Positions 8,915 through 18,965 of a stretch of 64,000 nt of DNA are shown here, piece after piece. The DNA is from Minisyncoccota bacterium. Lineage in GTDB: Bacteria > Patescibacteriota > Minisyncoccia > Phycocordibacterales > UBA9973. The stretch lies in NCBI GenBank assembly GCA_041661005.1, contig JBAZVG010000001.1:543515-607514 (forward strand), in the 5' to 3' direction. The first letter of the stretch is position 1, and every line of letters begins with the position of its first letter. The position numbers and the translations under genes were made by a program. Under the pieces are notes generated by a model. That model worked only from the letters and a program-made list of their open reading frames with translations, had not been told where the DNA came from and made no database searches.

Positions 8915-9733
8915 TTATTTATATTTATTTATCTCTTCCCAAAGTTTTCTTGCCTCATCTTTTGGATTTTCAGCAAAAATTATACTGCGAGCAGAATTTA
9001 TGATAAGTCCCAAACCCTCACTATTTAATCCAGCTTCAATAGCAGATCTTAAATCTCCCCCTTGAGCCCCGATTCCCGGGACAAGAAAAGTCATATCTGG
9101 AGCGAGATTGCGAATCTTTTTCATCTCTTCCGGATACGTCGCTCCCACTACCAGCATGCAATTTTTATTTTTATTCCATTCTTCCGAAACTTTCTCTGCG
9201 ACAATTTGCCAAAGCGGAACACTTTTGTTGGACACCGGGTGTCCAACATTTAGATCTTGAAACTCGGGAGCGCCCGGATTGGAAGTTCTACACAAAATAA
9301 TCGAACATTTGTCTTTTCTATCTAAAAACGGCTGTAAGGCCTCCTTCCCTAAATATGGATGCAAAGTGACAGCGTCAAAACCAAGCCAATCAAAAATCGA
9401 AGCTACATATCCGTTATTTGTATTTCCAATATCTGCCCGTTTGGCGTCTAAAATAGTGAAAATATCGGGATGATTGTCGATCAAATAATCCATTGTCATT
9501 TTCAATTCTTTTATCCCCTTGTCCCCACGAGCTTCATAAAAAGCGCTGTTTGGTTTATACGCAGATGCATATTCATGCGTTTCATTTATAATCCATTTAT
9601 TAAATTCAAACTGTGGGAATTCTAATTTCTTAAATTTTTCAGGAATTTTAGCAAAATCCGCATCCAACCCAACACAAAGAAGTGAATCAATTTTCTTGGC
9701 TCTTTCGTTGTATTTGTTTATTATCTGACTCAT
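8915..9733 (-). CDS. pyrF: Orotidine-5'-phosphate decarboxylase
   Basis: LCVGLD, YKPN, LDAKRADIGNT, RTSNPG, LVPGIGAQGG. Confidence 0.97.
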   Translation of the reverse strand: MSQIINKYNERAKKIDSLLCVGLDADFAKIPEKFKKLEFPQFEFNKWIINETHEYASAYKPNSAFYEARGDKGIKELKMTMDYLIDNHPDIFTILDAKRADIGNTNNGYVASIFDWLGFDAVTLHPYLGKEALQPFLDRKDKCSIILCRTSNPGAPEFQDLNVGHPVSNKSVPLWQIVAEKVSEEWNKNKNCMLVVGATYPEEMKKIRNLAPDMTFLVPGIGAQGGDLRSAIEAGLNSEGLGLIINSARSIIFAENPKDEARKLWEEINKYK

Positions 9734-9734
9734 A

Positions 9735-10358
9735 TTATTTAATCACATGCTTCAAAATCCAATCTTCCACAATCTTTAATCCGTCTGTGTTCAAGATTTT
9801 TTGTCTTTTTGCTTCTTCCAAAATAACAGGAAAGGATGTGAGTGTATGCAAACGAACCTTGGCTTTTTCAAACCCTTCTCTTGCTTCATCAAAACCATAA
9901 CTTAGAATGACTAAACAGTCATCGACAATTGCACCTTCAGCCCTTAAAGCGGAAACACCCGCAAGAGAACTGCATCCAGCGCTAACGACATCCTCAATAA
10001 GCAAAACCCTTTTTCCAGCGACATCACCCCCTTCAATCTTTTTTTTAGTTCCATGATCCTTCACTTGTTTTCTCACAAAAACTGACGGCACTTTCAAAAA
10101 AAATCCCAACCCGGCGCTGTGTGGTATACCAGCCGCTTCCACTCCGGCAATAATATCAAAATTTATGTTATCTCTCTCGATAATTTCCGCAAAACTTCGG
10201 ATAACACTCTCCCACTCTTTAGGATGAAAGGGAAATTTTCTATTATCCACATAAACCGGAGATTTAATTCCCGACTTAAATGTTACCGGGTCGTTTACAA
10301 CAAAGCTCACTGCGCCAATTTTTATAAGCGCTTGGGCAATTTTTTGTTCTATATTCAT
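9735..10358 (-). CDS. pyrE: Orotate phosphoribosyltransferase
   Basis: SGIKSPVYVDNR, VRKQVKDHG, VLLIEDVVSAG PRPP motif. Confidence 0.96.
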   Translation of the reverse strand: MNIEQKIAQALIKIGAVSFVVNDPVTFKSGIKSPVYVDNRKFPFHPKEWESVIRSFAEIIERDNINFDIIAGVEAAGIPHSAGLGFFLKVPSVFVRKQVKDHGTKKKIEGGDVAGKRVLLIEDVVSAGCSSLAGVSALRAEGAIVDDCLVILSYGFDEAREGFEKAKVRLHTLTSFPVILEEAKRQKILNTDGLKIVEDWILKHVIK

Positions 10359-10390
10359 ATCTTTATCTTAGCTCTCCTTCGCTGAAAAAG

Positions 10391-11476
10391 CTACGAACGG
10401 GCAAGCCTTTCCTTTATCTCTCTTGCAAGATATGGATTCCACATTGCCCCTGTGGCAGACATTACAATATCCGCCCCAGCATTTCTGTATTCAAAAAAAT
10501 CTTCTGGCGTAGCGACTCCACCGACCCCAATAATAGTATAATTTAAACCCAATTCGTCGCGTAATTTTTTTAACCTTTTCGCCATATCAAGCCCCGCCCA
10601 TTTTATAGCATGCCCACAAACCCCGCTTCTTGATCTCGCATCGCCCGGCAGAGCCTGTTTGCCGTTTTCATCAACAATTTCCGCGGAAATCGTATTGATA
10701 GCGGAAATGCCTTGCACCAAAGATCCAACCTCTTTAATAAAACTTCGCAACTTTTCTTCATCTTGGAAGAATGAAATTTTAATAACAAGAGGGACGTCTT
10801 TTATTTCATCTTTTATAGCTCTTGCAACCTTGACGCTGCGCTCTGTATCGTAACAAAGTAAATTATTTGTTCCTTCGTTTGGGCAACTCAGATTTACCTC
10901 CATCACTTTTACGCCTGTATCCCTAAGCAATCGGGCCGTCAAAACAAAATCATTTATGTATTCTTCGGCGCTTTGTCCCTCCTTTTTTGTTCCCTGAAAA
11001 CTTCCTACCACGATCTGACCAAGGCGAGCATTTTTGACAACTCTTGCTAGATCTTTCTGCCAAAATTCTGGATCAGTTGACGGCACGCCAAAAGAATTGG
11101 TGATAGAAAGAGGTTCATGATAATTTCTGTTCGCCTCTAATTTACTTTCAGCTTTTTTAAAAGTTAAATCTCCATCAATCTTTACGGACAAAACATTCGG
11201 CCACTCGTGACAAGGATATTTACTGCTCCGCACCGTTTTATAAGTCACAATGTCAAAACCTTTATCTAACGCTGCCTGAACAAAGTTGCCATTGATAAGT
11301 GGACCAGCCGGAATGCCAAAAGGTGAATCTACTTTAAAACCAAAAAAATTATACTTGCCATTTTCAGTAAGGACTCCCCTTGCTGAAGTTGCTGAAATTG
11401 CAAAGGCGCCAAAAGGACCATCTTTAAAATTTTCCTCGTAGGATTTTTCTGGATCGTAAAATGGGAAGTGAGGCAT
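10391..11476 (-). CDS. pyrD: Dihydroorotate dehydrogenase (divergent class 1-like)
   Basis: TYKT, NSFG, EVNLSCPN, AINT, IIGVGGV; position in the pyr operon. Confidence 0.85.
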   Translation of the reverse strand: MPHFPFYDPEKSYEENFKDGPFGAFAISATSARGVLTENGKYNFFGFKVDSPFGIPAGPLINGNFVQAALDKGFDIVTYKTVRSSKYPCHEWPNVLSVKIDGDLTFKKAESKLEANRNYHEPLSITNSFGVPSTDPEFWQKDLARVVKNARLGQIVVGSFQGTKKEGQSAEEYINDFVLTARLLRDTGVKVMEVNLSCPNEGTNNLLCYDTERSVKVARAIKDEIKDVPLVIKISFFQDEEKLRSFIKEVGSLVQGISAINTISAEIVDENGKQALPGDARSRSGVCGHAIKWAGLDMAKRLKKLRDELGLNYTIIGVGGVATPEDFFEYRNAGADIVMSATGAMWNPYLAREIKERLARS

Positions 11477-11481
11477 AGTTT

Positions 11482-12399
11482 CTATAAATTGAGACTAAAA
11501 AGTAATACCGCCATTCGAATGTATAAACCATTTTGTGCCTGACGAAAGTAGGCTGCGCGAGAATCTAGATCAATTGCTGAATCAACTTCATTTACCCTTG
11601 GTAAGGGATGCATGATGATCGCCTCTTTCTTTAATCTTTTTAAATGTTTTGTTTTTAGTAAAAAAGCATCTTTAACTTTATTGTAATCCTCAATATTTGA
11701 GAACCGTTCTTTCTGCACTCGTGTCATATACAAAACATCTATATCTGGTATTATTTTTTCTAGATTATCCATTTCTAAAAAAGAAACTTTTTTATTACGT
11801 AAATATTCTCGATATTCTTCTGGCAAAACTAATTCTTTCGGAGAAACAAAATAAAATTTATTGTCTGGATATAGCATCAAAAGCGGGACAAGCGAACGAA
11901 GCGTTCTGCTGTTTAACACATCACCCACAAAGGCAATGGAAATATTATCCAATCTTCCATGTTCTTTTTTTATAGTGTAAAGATCAAGAAATCCCTGGGT
12001 CGGATGCTGGTTAGCGCCGTCTCCAGCATTTATTATTGGCTTAGTTGAGACTTTCGAAGCAGTCTCCGCCGCTCCCATCTTCGGATGACGCATGACGATA
12101 AGGTCGGCGTAACAATTGAGCATTTTTGTCGTATCCTCAACCGTTTCACCTTTATAAGCAGAAGAACTGGAAGACGCGTTCTCAACAGAAATCACACTGG
12201 CTCCGAGTTTGATCGCCGCTGTTTCAAAAGACAATCGAGTGCGGGTGGATGGTTCAAAAAAAATAGAAGCTACAATTTTATTTTCTAGTTGTTTGCCATT
12301 TTTACCGCTTTTACAAAGCTTTTCCATCTTTGAAGCGACCGACAAAATCTTTTCAACATCTTTCTTCTCAAATTGTTTTGTATCCAAAATGTGTCGCAT
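11482..12399 (-). CDS. pyrB: Aspartate carbamoyltransferase catalytic subunit
   Basis: FFEPSTRTRLSF, INAGDGANQHPTQ, TRVQKER, MHPLPR. Confidence 0.98.
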   Translation of the reverse strand: MRHILDTKQFEKKDVEKILSVASKMEKLCKSGKNGKQLENKIVASIFFEPSTRTRLSFETAAIKLGASVISVENASSSSSAYKGETVEDTTKMLNCYADLIVMRHPKMGAAETASKVSTKPIINAGDGANQHPTQGFLDLYTIKKEHGRLDNISIAFVGDVLNSRTLRSLVPLLMLYPDNKFYFVSPKELVLPEEYREYLRNKKVSFLEMDNLEKIIPDIDVLYMTRVQKERFSNIEDYNKVKDAFLLKTKHLKRLKKEAIIMHPLPRVNEVDSAIDLDSRAAYFRQAQNGLYIRMAVLLFSLNL

Positions 12400-12405
12400 A
12401 TAATT

Positions 12406-15400
12406 TTAATTATTGAGATACTCCCTATATGATTTAATTTCTAAATCCGAGATCACATAGCGCGCCAATGCTTTGATAAATGCTCGCGCCAGATGCAAAT
12501 CAGTAAATAAAGGAATTTGATTATCGACCGTAGCCCTTCTGATACGAAAACCATCCGTGATGGTTTTCGCCAAAATTCCACTTTCGTCCTCTTTATTTAA
12601 ATTTATCACAAAAGCCACTTGCTTGCTAAGAATTGCATCGAGAACATTCGGAGATTGCTCGGACGCTTTCCTGACAATTATACAATCTACATTCTTATTT
12701 TTCAAAAACTCTCCGGTCGTATCGGTAGCCAAAATCTTATAATCAAGTTCTATCAACATTCGCGTTGCTTCTAAAAATTTTGCCTTATTCAAGTCTCCTC
12801 CAAGGGAAAGAAGAACAGTTTTCCTATTGAAATCAAATTTGTTGGCGCTTAAAATCGACTTTAGCAAGGCTTCATCATAATCTTTGCCAAAACAAGCCAC
12901 TTCCCCAGTCGAAGACATTTCTACCCGCAAAATAGGATCCGCGCCTGAAAGTCTGGCAAATGAAAATTGTGGCGACTTCACTATTACATTCTCTGGATAT
13001 GTAAATTTATGCATCTTGGCCACGCCCAAAAATGCGTCCACTGCAACTTCAGAAAAATTAACATCCATAGCCTTTGATAACAATGGAAAAGTTCGACTAG
13101 CGCGTAGATTCACTTCGATCACAGATGGGTGATTATCTTTTACTAAAAATTGGATATTGAAAGGTCCGGTGATATTGAGTTCTTTGGCTATTTTTTTAGA
13201 AATTTCACGCAGTTGAAATTCAGTGGAAGCGTAGACGCGCTGAGTTGGAAAAACTATCGTAGCATCGCCTGAATGGACGCCAGCATTTTCCACATGTTCA
13301 GAAATTCCGTAAATCATAATTTCTCCCCCTTGCGCAACCGCATCAAATTCAAGCTCTTTGGCATGTTCTATATATTGAGAAATAGTAACTGGATATCCGG
13401 GAGAAAGTCTGGAGGCTTTCATAATAAAATCCCGCAATTGGCGCTTGTCATAACATACGCTCATAGCAGAACCGGAAAGCACATAAGAAGGTCGCACCAA
13501 AACCGGAAAACCTGTTTTGTCTGTAAATTTGAGAGCTTGAGACATGTTGGTAAAACTCTGCCATCTCGGCTGGGCAATTTGAAGCTTATCTAAAAGCGCT
13601 GAAAAAAGATTGCGATCCTCAGCTTGATTAATATCGAAAGCTTTAGTGCCTAGAATATGAAAACCTTCTTTGGAAAGTTTTTGAGCCAGATTGTTTGGAC
13701 GCTGTCCGCCCACGGAGATGACAAGCCCGTAAGCATTTTCAAATTCAAAAATATCAGCCACAGTTTCAAAAGACAAGTCTTCAAAGTAGAGACGGTCGGA
13801 CATGTCATAATCAGTGGAGACAGTTTCCGGATTGCAGTTTATGATTATAGATTTTTTCTGATGTCGTTTAAATGCCATCGCCGCGTGCACACAAGACCAG
13901 TCAAATTCAACGCTGGAACCTATATGATACGAACCGCTCCCGAGCACCAAAACGGCATCTTTGCCAAATGCGGAAACGTCATTATAATTTGCATGATAAG
14001 TGAGATAAAGATAATTAGTTTTCGCCGGAAATTCTCCAGCCAAAGTATCAATGGCCAGGACTCTTGGTAAAATATTCAGACTTTTTCTTAATTTTCTTAT
14101 TTCTAATTCCTCCTTTCCACAAAGCGCGCCTATTTTTTTGTCGGAAAAGCCGGCTTGCTTTAATTCTAAGACTTTTTCTCTATTTAATTTTTTATTTTTT
14201 GAAAAAGCTTTTTCCATACGAACTATGTTTTCCAATCTAAACAAGAACCACGGATCAATGCCTGTGATTTTATAGATCGAAGCCACAGATGCGCCTTTTT
14301 TCATGGTTTCAGCAATGGCAAATAATCTCTTTGGAGTCGGAATCGATAAAAATTTTTTTAATTCTTTTCCATTTTTGAAACCATTATCAGTCACCCCTCC
14401 CGCTAGTCCGGACTGCATGCGCACTGCTTTTTGGATAGCTTCTTCAAAACTTCGGCCAATAGCCATGACCTCTCCCACCGACTTCATTGCGCTACCAATT
14501 TTTTCTTCCGCGCCCTTAAATTTTTCCAAATCCCATCTGGGCATCTTTACGACTACATAATCGAGCGCCGGCTCAAAAAAACTCTGAGTAACTTTGGTTA
14601 TTTTATTTTTGATTTCTAGCAAGCTGTGTCCGAGCGCAAGTTTTGCCGCTACATACGCGAGCGGATAACCAGTTGCCTTTGAAGCTAGCGCGCTCGAACG
14701 GGAAAGCCGAGCGTTAACTTCGATAACAAAAAAATCTAGCCCCTCACCCCCTCCTCCCCCTCTCCCCGAAGGAGAGGGGGACGGATTTAAGGCATATTGC
14801 ACATTGCACTCTCCGACAATTTTTAGACTCTCAACTATTTTTATGCTTGCCTCTCGCAGTCCGTGATATTCACTATTTGATAAAGTCTGACTCGGTGCCA
14901 CCACAATAGAGTCACCAGTATGGATTCCCAGCGGATCAAAATTTTCCATGTTGCATACTGTAACAATATTTCCAAATCTGTCTCGGACTACTTCATACTC
15001 TATTTCCTTAAAATGATGCAAATATTTTTCTATTAGAACTTGGGGGCTGACAGCTAACGCTCCTTCTACTATTTCCCTTAGATCTCGTTCGTTTTTCGCA
15101 ACACCTGATTTCTGCCCACCCAATGTGAAAGCTGCCCGCACCATTAGCGGGAATCCGATTTCTTTCGCAATTTTTTTCGCCTCTTTCAAATTCGTGGCAG
15201 AGCCAGAAGGTGGCACCGGAATTCCGATTTTTTTTAAATGATCGGCGAAAAACTGACGATCTTCGGTCAATTCAATAGAAGAAATAGGAGAACCAAGAAC
15301 TTGCACATTATATTTTTTCAAAATTCCTTTCTTCTCCAAACTAAGTCCGCAATTTAGCGCTGTCTGTCCGCCAAAAGACAGCATGATTCCGTCCGGGTGT

Positions 15401-15648
15401 TCTTTGATTATGACTTTCTCAACAAAATAATCATTGATTGGCAAAAAATAAACTTCATCGGCTAAGGTTTTGGAAGTTTGAAAAGTTGCAATATTTGGAT
15501 TCACCAAAATGACTTTAATTTTTTCTTCTTTCAGGGCTTTGATGGCCTGACTGCCACTATAATCAAATTCCCCCGCTTCACCTATTTTCAACGCTCCGGA
15601 ACCCAAGACCAATATTTTTCTGAATTTATTTTTATTAATTTTTGTCAT
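12406..15648 (-). CDS. carB: Carbamoyl-phosphate synthase large subunit
   Basis: IGEAGEFDYSGSQA, two ATP-grasp halves, IEVNARLSRSSALASKATG, MGS-like C-terminus. Confidence 0.98.
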   Translation of the reverse strand: MTKINKNKFRKILVLGSGALKIGEAGEFDYSGSQAIKALKEEKIKVILVNPNIATFQTSKTLADEVYFLPINDYFVEKVIIKEHPDGIMLSFGGQTALNCGLSLEKKGILKKYNVQVLGSPISSIELTEDRQFFADHLKKIGIPVPPSGSATNLKEAKKIAKEIGFPLMVRAAFTLGGQKSGVAKNERDLREIVEGALAVSPQVLIEKYLHHFKEIEYEVVRDRFGNIVTVCNMENFDPLGIHTGDSIVVAPSQTLSNSEYHGLREASIKIVESLKIVGECNVQYALNPSPSPSGRGGGGGEGLDFFVIEVNARLSRSSALASKATGYPLAYVAAKLALGHSLLEIKNKITKVTQSFFEPALDYVVVKMPRWDLEKFKGAEEKIGSAMKSVGEVMAIGRSFEEAIQKAVRMQSGLAGGVTDNGFKNGKELKKFLSIPTPKRLFAIAETMKKGASVASIYKITGIDPWFLFRLENIVRMEKAFSKNKKLNREKVLELKQAGFSDKKIGALCGKEELEIRKLRKSLNILPRVLAIDTLAGEFPAKTNYLYLTYHANYNDVSAFGKDAVLVLGSGSYHIGSSVEFDWSCVHAAMAFKRHQKKSIIINCNPETVSTDYDMSDRLYFEDLSFETVADIFEFENAYGLVISVGGQRPNNLAQKLSKEGFHILGTKAFDINQAEDRNLFSALLDKLQIAQPRWQSFTNMSQALKFTDKTGFPVLVRPSYVLSGSAMSVCYDKRQLRDFIMKASRLSPGYPVTISQYIEHAKELEFDAVAQGGEIMIYGISEHVENAGVHSGDATIVFPTQRVYASTEFQLREISKKIAKELNITGPFNIQFLVKDNHPSVIEVNLRASRTFPLLSKAMDVNFSEVAVDAFLGVAKMHKFTYPENVIVKSPQFSFARLSGADPILRVEMSSTGEVACFGKDYDEALLKSILSANKFDFNRKTVLLSLGGDLNKAKFLEATRMLIELDYKILATDTTGEFLKNKNVDCIIVRKASEQSPNVLDAILSKQVAFVINLNKEDESGILAKTITDGFRIRRATVDNQIPLFTDLHLARAFIKALARYVISDLEIKSYREYLNN
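14740..14781. repeat. Palindromic element in frame in carB (SPSPSGRGGGGGEG)
   Basis: CCCCTCACCCCCTCCTCCCCCTCTCCCCGAAGGAGAGGGGGA between NVQYALNP and FFVIEVN. Confidence 0.8.
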
Positions 15649-16726
15649 ATTCTTTATTTGTTTTTATCCCCGCCTTTTTTAAGAAAAAATCAAATATCCA
15701 GCCCGTATCAAGGGGTCCCGGAGAACTCTCTGGATGAAATTGCACCGACATGAAAGGCAAGCTTTTGTGAATAATTCCTTCATTGGTGCCATCATTCGCA
15801 TTGTGAAACCATTCTTGGAAACCTTCTGGGATTTTCTTGATCGCAAAACCATGATTTTGAGTTGAAAGATATGCTCGCTTGGCGCCGATTTCCATAACTG
15901 GCTGATTTTGACTGCGATGCCCAAATTTAAGCTTGTAAGTGGTGCCACCAGACGCCAATGCCAAGATTTGATTGCCCAAGCAAATGCCAAAAATCGGAAT
16001 TTTTCTATCAATAATTTTCTTTACATTTTTTATAGTTGCCTGCGCCATAGTCGGGTCACCCGGACCGCTGGAAATAACTACAGCATCAAAAACGCTATCA
16101 AGTTTGGTGACATCTGTATCCCAAGGCACCACAACAACTTTCAATCCCCTCCAAACGAGACTGCGAATTATGTTTAGCTTCACTCCGCAATCTATCAATA
16201 CAATCGTATTTTCACCAACACCGCTCGTCCATATTTTTTTTGTGGAAACTTCAGCCACCAGATTTCTCAAGTTCGGATCTTCGAATGAGACAATCTCATT
16301 TTTATTTTTTTCCTGAAACTGAATTTTCCCTAGCATCACACCTTCGGTCCGCAGTTTCTTGGTCAATTCACGAGTATCTTTAACCTCTAGCGCTGGAATA
16401 TTTTGTTCCTTGAGCCATTTGGATAGAGTCATCGTCGAAGAATGATGAGACGGCGTATCAATATAATTACATACTATGAGACCAGATATTTGTATCTTGC
16501 CGGACTCCCACAATTCCTTTTTAGGAACACCATAATTCCCAATAAGCGGATAAGTCATTATCAAAATCTGACCAGCAAAAGAAGGATCGGTAATGGCCTC
16601 CGGATAACCCACCATGCCAGTCGCAAAAACAACTTCGCCAGAAATAGATTTTTCCGCACCAAAACTTTTACCCTCATAAGAGCTTCCGTCTTTTAATACT
16701 AATTGGGCTGTTTTATTTGTTTTCAT
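15635..16726 (-). CDS. carA: Carbamoyl-phosphate synthase small subunit
   Basis: GEVVFATGMVGY, YPLIGNYG, FGICLGNQ, QNHGFA, SVQFHPE. Confidence 0.98.
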   Translation of the reverse strand: MKTNKTAQLVLKDGSSYEGKSFGAEKSISGEVVFATGMVGYPEAITDPSFAGQILIMTYPLIGNYGVPKKELWESGKIQISGLIVCNYIDTPSHHSSTMTLSKWLKEQNIPALEVKDTRELTKKLRTEGVMLGKIQFQEKNKNEIVSFEDPNLRNLVAEVSTKKIWTSGVGENTIVLIDCGVKLNIIRSLVWRGLKVVVVPWDTDVTKLDSVFDAVVISSGPGDPTMAQATIKNVKKIIDRKIPIFGICLGNQILALASGGTTYKLKFGHRSQNQPVMEIGAKRAYLSTQNHGFAIKKIPEGFQEWFHNANDGTNEGIIHKSLPFMSVQFHPESSPGPLDTGWIFDFFLKKAGIKTNKEYDKN

Positions 16727-17942
16727 ATACTTTACCTTTAATAACAGTCATAACTACACTACCCGGAAAGGTCACATTTAAAAATGGCGACTGGCGCGAT
16801 TTGGTTTTTAGTTCTTTTTCCATTATTTTTACTTGCTTATCCATATCCAAGACAGTAAAAGAACCAACATATCCTTTTTCTATTCTGCCGTATTTATCTG
16901 GGGTAAATTTATTGATAAAATTCCCAGGATTGTAACTGCAAACCCTTGCGATGTTTTCGGGAATAAAATTGTGTTCTTTCATCAACCATGCAACAAATGG
17001 ACCGTAAGTATCGAGATGCGTGAGCCCAGAAATGCCTTTTTCTTTTTCCTCAATAGTGTGCGGAGCATGATCTGTCGCCAGATAATCTATGTCACCATTC
17101 TTAAGCGCGGCAATCATGCTGAGACGATTACTCTTTGTCTGACGTATAGGCGGATTCACTTGAAAGTTTCTCTTGTTCTTGGGAAGCATGGTCTCGTCAA
17201 AAAATAAGTGATGAGGCGTCACCTCGACAGTCACATTTATTCCACGTTTTTTTGCATTTATTATTTTATTTATCCCCTCTAAGGTAGAACAATGGCAAAT
17301 CTTCCCAGTGAGGTTATATTTTTCAATGAGTTTCAAGGCAAAATCCACGGCGGAAATTTCGGCCTCAGGTGGACGCCTTGCTTCATGCACATCTCTGTCT
17401 GCATTTTCTTTTAAAATTTCAGGATCTTCACAATGAAAACTTACGTGCTGATTTTTATATTTCTCTAAAGCCTTTTCCAACTCTTCATTCGAAGTAAAAA
17501 ATAAATCTCCAACAGATTGTCCCATAAAAACTTTGTAAGGAACTATTTTGGAGAGGGGTTTTGTGCTTGGCCCAATGCCAGCATAAAGAATTATGGTAAC
17601 AGGAGACTTTTCTGTTAAATCACTTTTTGTTTTAAAACTTGCATCATCTATCGGTGGCACCGGATTATTCGGCATCTCTGCAAAAGCGACCACTCCACCA
17701 TTTATCGCCGCCTCGCCTGCGCTCTTGAAATCTTCCTTATAATCCTGTGTATGACCTGCATCTTCCCTCGCATGCACATGCAAATCTATAAATCCCGGGA
17801 AAATTAATTCATCTTTAAAAATAAAATCCGCAGTCCCAGTAGGTTCGCTAACTTTTAAAATCAATCCGCTTGCTTCATCTATCTCGATTCTACCTCGCGA
17901 GACTTTATCCTTATCCACAATGTTGCCTTCAATGCTAATCAT
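16713..17942 (-). CDS. pyrC: Dihydroorotase
   Basis: PGFIDLHVHAR, EMPN, EVTPHHL, VNPPIR, ATDHAPH; first gene of the pyr operon. Confidence 0.93.
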   Translation of the reverse strand: MISIEGNIVDKDKVSRGRIEIDEASGLILKVSEPTGTADFIFKDELIFPGFIDLHVHAREDAGHTQDYKEDFKSAGEAAINGGVVAFAEMPNNPVPPIDDASFKTKSDLTEKSPVTIILYAGIGPSTKPLSKIVPYKVFMGQSVGDLFFTSNEELEKALEKYKNQHVSFHCEDPEILKENADRDVHEARRPPEAEISAVDFALKLIEKYNLTGKICHCSTLEGINKIINAKKRGINVTVEVTPHHLFFDETMLPKNKRNFQVNPPIRQTKSNRLSMIAALKNGDIDYLATDHAPHTIEEKEKGISGLTHLDTYGPFVAWLMKEHNFIPENIARVCSYNPGNFINKFTPDKYGRIEKGYVGSFTVLDMDKQVKIMEKELKTKSRQSPFLNVTFPGSVVMTVIKGKVYENK

Positions 17943-18144
17943 ATATTTGGGCCAGCCTCGCCGCCCGCTTCACCGAATCGAGGCGAGAGTCTAGGCGGGC
18001 AAAAAAATAACCCCGTGATAGGGGCTTTTATAAAAGAAGAGGTGACAGAAATACAAAAAAGTTTTGGGGTATTGCAAGTATAAAAATTTTTTTTCATGTC
18101 ACGCATATTGAGAGAAATGATATCATCTCCTAGAAAAGAAGCAA
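17939..18144 (-). promoter_or_regulatory. pyr operon leader: promoter, leader ORF, pyrimidine-rich tract and attenuator-like terminator
   Basis: TTGCTT-16-TATCAT; ATG at 18106/18097; AAGCCCC-TATCAC-GGGGTTATTTTTTT at 18001-18029; leader stop overlaps the pyrC ATG. Confidence 0.6.
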
Positions 18145-18194
18145 GTTTCTCGACAGTGGAGTAAGTGGACAAACTTTTTTGTTTAATTTAGAAA

Positions 18195-18307
18195 AATAAG
18201 AAAGTGCGCCAAGCTCGGAAGCTCGACGCACGATGCTGGCTCGGGGTAATCTTACGGACGAACGCAAGATCACCTTGATATAGGAAAACCTCCTTAAAAG
18301 CCAGCAC
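18195..18307 (-). ncRNA. Candidate structured small RNA of unknown family
   Basis: TTGATA-16-TACACT promoter; closing stem GTGCTGGCT/AGCCAGCAT around two hairpins; terminator hairpin and T-tract. Confidence 0.5.
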
Positions 18308-18369
18308 ACAAAGTGTATCATATCCAATGACCTTATCAACTACTTCCTCGCCGTAATAATAGGAAACAT

Positions 18370-18627
18370 TTATTTATAAATATCATGACTGCCTATTGAA
18401 TGAAAATAGACAATATTGTTTTTCCCGAATTCGCATATTATTCTGTAGGAAAAAGAAATGGAAAAAGCGGAACAACCTTTTAGTTTGCCTGAAAGTTTAT
18501 GGGTTTTTAATTTAGCATCAGAAGGATTTCTTTTAAATAGTGCTTCCTTTTTTACAGCTTCTTTCTTAATGTCTAGTGGAAGTTTCTTGAAAAGACGAAT
18601 AAATTCAGCTGTATAAATAATATCCAT
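18370..18627 (-). CDS. Type II toxin, RelE/YafQ superfamily
   Basis: 85 aa basic protein, LKTHKLSGKLKG, YRII, IGSHDIY; follows an RHH gene. Confidence 0.88.
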   Translation of the reverse strand: MDIIYTAEFIRLFKKLPLDIKKEAVKKEALFKRNPSDAKLKTHKLSGKLKGCSAFSISFSYRIICEFGKNNIVYFHSIGSHDIYK

Positions 18628-18632
18628 GTTAA

Positions 18633-18848
18633 TTACATAAGATCTTTAAGAGATCGCAATCTTTTGAACTTTCCTTGAGCAAAATCTCTCTGACTTCTCA
18701 TGACAGATTGATACAGCTGTTCTTCTTCCCAGGCTCTCACAGCATCTCTAAAAAATTCAGAGACAGAAGCATAACTACCCTCTCTTACAGCCAAGTCCAC
18801 ACTGCGCTTGAGCGAAACTGGCATTGAAATGTTTAATGTTGTTCTCAT
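18633..18848 (-). CDS. Ribbon-helix-helix (ParD/CopG-like) antitoxin
   Basis: MRTTLNISMP...GSYASVSEFFRDAVR. Confidence 0.85.
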   Translation of the reverse strand: MRTTLNISMPVSLKRSVDLAVREGSYASVSEFFRDAVRAWEEEQLYQSVMRSQRDFAQGKFKRLRSLKDLM

Positions 18849-18854
18849 TCGGGA

Positions 18855-18884
18855 AGTGTAGCACACTGTGCTACAGGGTGTCAA
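18855..18884 (-). promoter_or_regulatory. TA promoter with an overlapping palindromic operator
   Basis: TTGACA...TACACT with TGTAGCACA-C-TGTGCTACA (18857-18875) across the spacer and -10. Confidence 0.75.
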
Positions 18885-18965
18885 ATATCTCGAATCCAGC
18901 AAGGACTCCCCTTGCTGAACATTACTGGGGCTTTTGCAAAAGAAGAGGTGGATAACTTTATTTAT

